From the NCBI GenBank assembly GCA_009914755.4, contig CP068257.2, positions 256,001 to 320,000 on the forward strand: DNA of 64,000 nt, given 5' to 3'. Under the pieces are notes generated by a model. It made no database searches and was not told the DNA's origin. It worked only from the letters and a program-made list of their open reading frames with translations. Positions 58,503-64,000 of this stretch are shown here, piece after piece. The DNA is from the human T2T-CHM13v2.0 reference genome, Homo sapiens. The position numbers and the translations under genes are program-made. How positions within the stretch are numbered: the stretch's first letter is position 1; each line of letters starts with the position of its first letter.

Positions 58503-59315
58503 GGGGCCTGATCAGTGTGGGCCTGCTCAGTGGACCTACTCAGCTGGGACTTGTCAGTGAGGCCTATTTAGTGGGGGTGGTCAGCAGGGGTCTGCTTAGA
58601 GCGGGTGTCATTAGAGGGATCTAGTAGTGCATGTCTTGGTGAGTGGGTTGATAGTGGCAGACAAATGTTTGGTGTCTGGTCAGTGCCAACCTGGGCTGTG
58701 GGACTCGGTCAGTGGAGACCTTGTCAGCTGGGGCTTAGTGGTGGCCTTGTCAGATTGGGCTGGGTTACTGGTGACTAGGTCAAGGGGCGCTATTCAGTGG
58801 AGGCCTGGTGACATGGGACCTAGTCAGCAGAGACGCTTATCAGTGGGGCCCTGGTCAGGGCAGGCTTGTCCGTGGAACTTAATCAGTGGGGGCCTGGTCA
58901 GAGAGGACTTGATCAGTGGTGGCTTTTGTAGCACTGGTCTACGGGTTGACCTGGTCAGCGGGGATCTGAGCAGTGCGTGCCTGTTCAGTGGGGCGTAGTC
59001 ATTAGGATCCCAGTCAGGGGCATCTTGTCACCTCAGGCCTGGTTAGCAGGGGCCTGGTCACTGGCTGTCTATTCCCTGCAGGCCTGGTCCGTGGGGCTTC
59101 GTCTGTGGGACCAGAAAATGGGGTCATGATCGGTGGAACCTGATCAGTGAGGCCTTGTCAGTAAGGTCCTCGTCAGTGGAGTCCTGGTCATTGTGGGCCT
59201 GGCAGCGGGAATCTAGTTAGTGAGGCCTGGTGATGGGGCTCTAATCAGTGAGGGTGTGGTCAGGGAGGAAGTGATATGCTGGATCTGGTCACCAGGGACC
59301 TGGTCAGTGGGGGCT
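58503..59315. repeat. degenerate ~15-18-bp minisatellite (GGSCYTGRTCAGTGG-like), copy B, same orientation as copy A
   Basis: …ggcctggtgacatgggacctagtcagcagagacgcttatcagtggggccctggtcagggcaggcttgtccgtggaacttaatcagtgggggcctggtcagagaggacttgatcagtgg…. Confidence 0.8.
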
Positions 59316-59510
59316 GCTGAGTACTGCTGGGAGATGTCAGGGGAAATGCATGTTATCGAGGAGCCTGTGGACAGCTGGGGTGGCCCAGTCGTGTTCAATG
59401 GCCCACTCAAAAGTGGACAAAGCAGGTGTTTTGATGGACCTGGGAGATCTTGCTCAGAGATTCTGACAGGACAAAGGTAAAGGAAGGGCCAGAGTGGTCG
59501 GAGAGATAGT

Positions 59511-60497
59511 CACAGTCTATGGTCTGCACAGGATGGAGGAGGCCAGGGAACAGGCAGGGTGGGCAGCTGGGTTTCAGGGAGAGGCAGGTGCATGCTGGGA
59601 GGTCAGACCCTATGAGGGCTGTGGGGGCGTCAGGTGGTGTGGGCTCCAGGTGCACCCTCAGTGCACTGGGCAGGTCTTGGCCCAGGCTCCCTGGACCTTG
59701 GCCGGGTGATGTGGTCACTTGCTGGGAGACTGTTGTCAGGTGCTGGCCACCCACCCTGGGTAGCACTGTCCCATCTCAGGACTGGACTTCCTCAGATACT
59801 GCAGAGGGCACAGCCTCCAGCCCAGGAGGGGCAGCCCCTTTGTGCAGCCTGAGCTCTCCATGGGCCTGGAGCATCCCCTGCCAGCCCTGCACTCCCTCTT
59901 CTCCCAGTTCCCGCTTTTCCAGGGTCAGCCAGTGGGGAGGTCCCGTCCTCCCTTCCCTATGTGTCTCCTGGGCTGAAACTTGCAGTGCACTGGGACAGGG
60001 ATGAGGCTTCCCTAAGGCCCATTTAGGGAGAGGACTGGCTCCCAGCCTGGCACAGGTCCTCAGCTCTGCCTTGGTAGCCTTAGAATGAGATGGATCAGTC
60101 AGTGCCCTGAAGGTAAAGGTAGAAGACTGTCCCTGCTGTTGGGAGGCTGGTCTAGGGATGGAGGACTTCACAGGTCCTCCCAGTCTGTCAGGCCTGGGCA
60201 GCACTGTCCTGTTTTAGGACTCAGAAAGTCCAGTTCTGGGATGGGATGGTGCTGCCCAGGGAGGGTGGCTAGGGTCTGACAGCATTCCCCCAGGGAGTGA
60301 CCACATCACCCAGCCGGGGTCCAGGAAGCCTGGCCTGAGACCTGCCCTGTGCACTGAGGGTGCACCTGGAGCCCACTCCACCTGATGCCCCCACAGCCCT
60401 CACAGGTCCTGACCTCCCAGCATGCACCTGCCTCTCCCTGAACTCCAGCTGTCCACCCTGCCTGTTCCCTCACGTCCTCCATCCTGTCCAGCAGGAT
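59511..60497. repeat. inverted repeat: arms ~59511-59718 and ~60297-60497 (~90% identical), spacer ~580 bp, GC-rich
   Basis: ORFs 59494..59709(+) and 60306..60527(-) encode near-identical peptides (…EQAGW.AG.QGEAGACWEVR…GCGG.RW.GLQVHPQCTGQV…); the reverse complement of arm 1 aligns to arm 2. Confidence 0.8.
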
Positions 60498-61429
60498 GGG
60501 ATGGGCAGGGGGACAGCCTGTGTGCACATTTCATGGCAAGCAGGAGTGACACACCATCCCTGGGAGGCGCCTTGGTTCCTCCAAAACCCGGCCCCAGAAC
60601 TCTGTCCTTGGGGTGGTTTTACCAAACCCCAAACCCAGAACTGTGGTTGTGGCTCAGGGGTCAGCACCCGCTAGTTCTACAACGTCGCCAAGGACTTTGA
60701 CTGTACATTGTTCTTCTTTCCAATAGTCATTCCAAATATTGTGAGATGCATTGTTTCAGGAAGCCCCTTGCCCTCCTAAAAGCCACCCTACTTCTCTCTA
60801 AGGAGAATGGCCCAGTCCTCTCCCGAGTTCACACAGGTTAGGTGATAGCATTGCTTTTGTGTAAATTACGTAATGCAAAATTTTTTAAATCTTTGCCTTA
60901 ATACTTTTAAATTTTGTTTTATTTTGAATGACTAGCCTTCATGGCCCCCCTTTTTTGTACCCCAACTTGGAGTGTATGAAGGGTTTTGGTCTCCCTGAGA
61001 GTGGCTCGAGGCAGCCAGCGCTTACCTGTACTCTGACTTGAGAAAAGTTGGATAAAAGTGCACACCTTAAAAAAAATTGAATGACGAAGCACTAACAAAA
61101 ACAGTATTCCAGTACAGTGGACAGCTTAGCATTTTGACAATTGGGAATAAAATGCTCATTTCTGAACTGTACAATGTAAGACACAAAAATGAAACACTGG
61201 AAATGGAAATTCAATTATGTCATTATAGACTGGCTACTGCTCTACATGACTGTGACCAAAGTCAGATAGTTGAAAGAGATTTCTTTCCAGAGAACAAGAC
61301 ATGAACAGGTTTATTTACAGAAAACAATGAATTCTCATATATCTAACCTAAAATATAGCAGATTCTTTCCGAATAGGTCTAACATAGACAGTAAAGTTAA
61401 CAGGCTAAAAATTAAGCTCCATCAAAGAA

Positions 61430-62330
61430 GATGAACTCTGAGAGAACAGATGGCGCAGGCCGCCATCTTTCCTGTTCAGGCAACTTAGTCATTCCAGCCT
61501 GAGGGCTTTGGAGAGTATAAACCAACAAGGGGCAGAAGAGATCCCACAGCACAGTATAGCTGCTTTACCAAATCATGGCCAGACTGCTTCTGTAAGCAGG
61601 CCCCTGACCCTGTTGCACGTCACTGGACAGGACCTCCCAACTGGGGCCTCCAGCTACCGCCACCAGCATTCCTTGGCCAATGGAAATTTGAAGTGTTCCT
61701 GGGACAGAGCTCCCAGAGAGAGGGGCAGGCCACCACCTTTGCTGTTTGGGTGACTAGCCGTTCTGGTCTGCGGGCTTTGGAAAGCCCAAGGTGACAAGGG
61801 GTGGAAAAGGAACCTCAGCACAGCACAGCCACACTACAAAAACGTGGCCGGACACTTGTTTAAGTCAGTCCCCGACCACATTTCTAATCAGCAGGTGAAG
61901 CCTTTCAACCAGGGTCTCCAGTTACCTTCACTGCTGTTCTCTGGCCGACAGAGGTTTCAGGCCTCCCTGAGTCAGAGCTCCCAGGGGGAGGACCAGACTG
62001 TTGTCTTTGCTGTTGGGGCAACTCAGCCATTTCAGCCTTAGGGCTTCAGAGTGTCTGAGGCGACCAGGAGTGGAAGTGAACACCCAGCATAGCACAGCTG
62101 CTCTAGAAAAATGTGGCCAGACTTTTTTTTAAGCCAGTCCCTGTTTTTGATCCTCCTGACTAGATAAGACTTCTCAACTTGTCTCCAGTCACATCTTATA
62201 GGTTTGTTCATATTGCAACAAGTTCATACCTCAGTGGCACAGAGCTCCCAGAGGAAGGGACAGGCTATCATCTTCCCTGGAAAATACAAGGCAATTAGGG
62301 ACTGGAGGGGATCCCCAGCATACCACAGCA
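61430..62330 (+). repeat. three tandem ~300-bp units inside the L1 5' UTR
   Basis: Recurring …cagagctcccagagagaggggcaggccaccacctttgctgtttgggtgactagcc… / …cagagctcccagggggaggaccagactgttgtctttgctgttggggcaactcagcc… / …cagagctcccagaggaagggacaggctatcatcttccctgg…. Confidence 0.6.
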
Positions 62331-64000
62331 GCCTGACAGAAAAGTGGCCAGACAGTGTACTTGATGGGCAGGTCCTACTGACCTGGGTCTCCAGCCAGTC
62401 CACCATCGGAGCTATCCAGCCAGTAGCAACTCAGCAATTCCCTGGACAGAGCTTCCAGAGCAAATGAAATTCTCTCTGCCACTGCCTCTGCAGTGGAACT
62501 GCCCTTGCTACCCTCAGAATATCAAGGGAGCAAAGACCCTAAGTGCCATATCGACACCTCCAATAAGCTGCGACTGACCCAATGAATAAGCCAGTCCATC
62601 TCCCACGGGTACCACACACCCCCCACTGCTCATCACCAGAGAGGGAACACTGGCTTGGCCTCACAACACAGACCCTCCATCCTGGGCTGATTACGCTAAG
62701 TGATTGCTAACTCACATCTCTATGGGATGGATCACCCAGGAGACAAGCGGAGTGGTGGAGCAGCAAGTCAGGTGATGTGGAGCCCAGAGGGCAGGGACAG
62801 CTATCTCTCTAGGCTCCACGTGCCCTTGTGAGACACTTTATCTCAGCACTTTAAGAATGCTAAGTTCAGATCAGCCCCATCTCATGTTCAAGATTGCCCA
62901 GCAGAGATCAGGTCCCAGAGTTCCCCTCCTCAAAAAGGGGACTTGCTTAAAAAAGAAGCCTGGCCATGTTTGTGTAAAGCAGCTATGCTGTGCCGGGGGT
63001 TCACTTTTGAGAGAGTTCTCCTCTGAGACCTGATCTCTGCTAGGCAGTCTTGCACATGAGATGGGGCTGGTCTGATCTCAGCACTCCTTAGTCTGCTTGC
63101 CTCTCCCAGGATGCCTGCACATTACCTCTCCATACTGCAGCCCTTTATATGGAAACTTCCTACATCACTTTGCTGTGTGTGTTTACACATGTGGGTTTTG
63201 CTGTACTTGCCCTGACAGCACACGGGAGTGCAGGCCACACCCCAACCCACACCAACTGCCACTGAAGACAGAGCCTTGGTGGGCACAGAACCAAGAACCC
63301 CACCCCTGCCAGCACCTAACCCTTGAGCTAATGCTGTGCAGAGAAAAAGGGACCTTCTTATACCCTGAGTGACCCCTGTTGCTTTGAGGGGCACAGAGAA
63401 GGCACCATGGCCTGCACTGGCCAGCAGCCCACCCTGAACCAACACTACCTCCAGTGCAACACACACACAGCAGGGGACCCCTGGCCCACACCCCAGCTGT
63501 CTTGCCTCCACCACTGGGTGAACGCCCTCAGGGAGGCAGGGAATTTTGCATCCACTAGCATTCTGCCACAGTTGCCACACTTTGGTCCCCTCAGTGCAGT
63601 GGACTCCAAACCTCCAAGAGCCAGAGAACAAAGTTGGGGCCCAAGACAAGTTCCCCAGATGTAAAGAACACAGTCCAGGAATTGGGAGCCGCACATTGGC
63701 CCCCCTAAAATCCTCCAAAAACAAAGCCAGTTAGTTGAATCCACTTTATCCCACAATGAAACTCTCAAGATCATCAAATACAATAAAAGAAAAATACCCT
63801 GTCCGAAGGTCAGCAACCTCAAAGATGGAAGGTGGATAAGCCCATAAAGATGAGAAAGAATCTGTGTGAGAACACTGAAAACTCAAAAAGTCAGAATGCC
63901 TTCTTTCCTCCAAATGACTGTATCAACTCTCCAGCAAGTGTTCAGAACTTGGCTGAGGCTGAGATGTCTGGAATGATACAAGCAGGGTTCAGGATATGCG
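61440..64000 (+). mobile_element. old primate L1 (L1PB/L1MA-class) 5' UTR with the start of ORF1 near 63849; continues beyond the window end
   Basis: The ORF1-start region aagatgagaaagaatctgtgtgagaacactgaaaactcaaaaagtcagaatgccttctttcctccaaatgactgtatcaactctccagcaag…ggctgaggctgagatg is homologous to L1 ORF1 5' ends; a long GC-moderate 5' UTR with internal tandem units lies upstream. Confidence 0.65.

Noticed and set aside
59300-60700. GC-rich stretch that might be a CpG island or promoter
   Set aside because: G+C is high but CpG dinucleotides are sparse, roughly 15 in 1.4 kb. The open frames are explained by the inverted repeat, and I see no TATA or initiator context. It is not supportable as a promoter from sequence alone.
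63122-63724. 200-aa ORF on the minus strand, the longest in the ORF track
   Set aside because: It lies antisense within the L1 5' UTR. It is Cys/Gly/Pro-rich and low-complexity, with no coding periodicity, and is probably a chance open frame in GC-rich repeat sequence.

Overview
This window is primate, almost certainly human, nuclear DNA. It is not a prokaryotic locus and I see no defence or metabolic system of that kind. Its first ~36 kb holds the 3' coiled-coil part of an ANKRD26-like gene on the + strand. The gene-family call is reasoned from composition and motifs; I cannot pin a paralog from memory. The gene looks like a pseudogene: canonical splice sites flank coiled-coil-type exons, but several exons carry in-frame stops or a 1-bp frameshift. 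Those exons sit among at least 15 Alu elements, several L1 fragments and small microsatellites. Embedded in this part is a 64-bp tandem repeat (VNTR, variable-number tandem repeat) of ~26 copies that begins on an Alu poly(A) tail. The second half is structurally unusual. Two copies of a degenerate 15-18-bp minisatellite (CCTGGTCAGTGG-like) bracket a ~21-kb block. Inside it are GC-rich low-copy sequence with two palindromic inverted duplications, one carrying an unidentified exon-like ORF. They are followed by a ~17.8-kb macrosatellite-like array with a 2.9-3.4-kb period. The array consists of about 5.5 diverged head-to-tail copies of a scrambled THE1/MST-type MaLR (mammalian apparent LTR retrotransposon, ERVL-MaLR class) LTR-internal-LTR unit. 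Each copy carries its own ~280-bp internal inverted repeat and G-run tracts. Beyond the block lie another ~200-bp inverted repeat and the 5' UTR plus ORF1 start of an old L1. I recognised all repeat families from memory of their consensus sequences; no database was searched.
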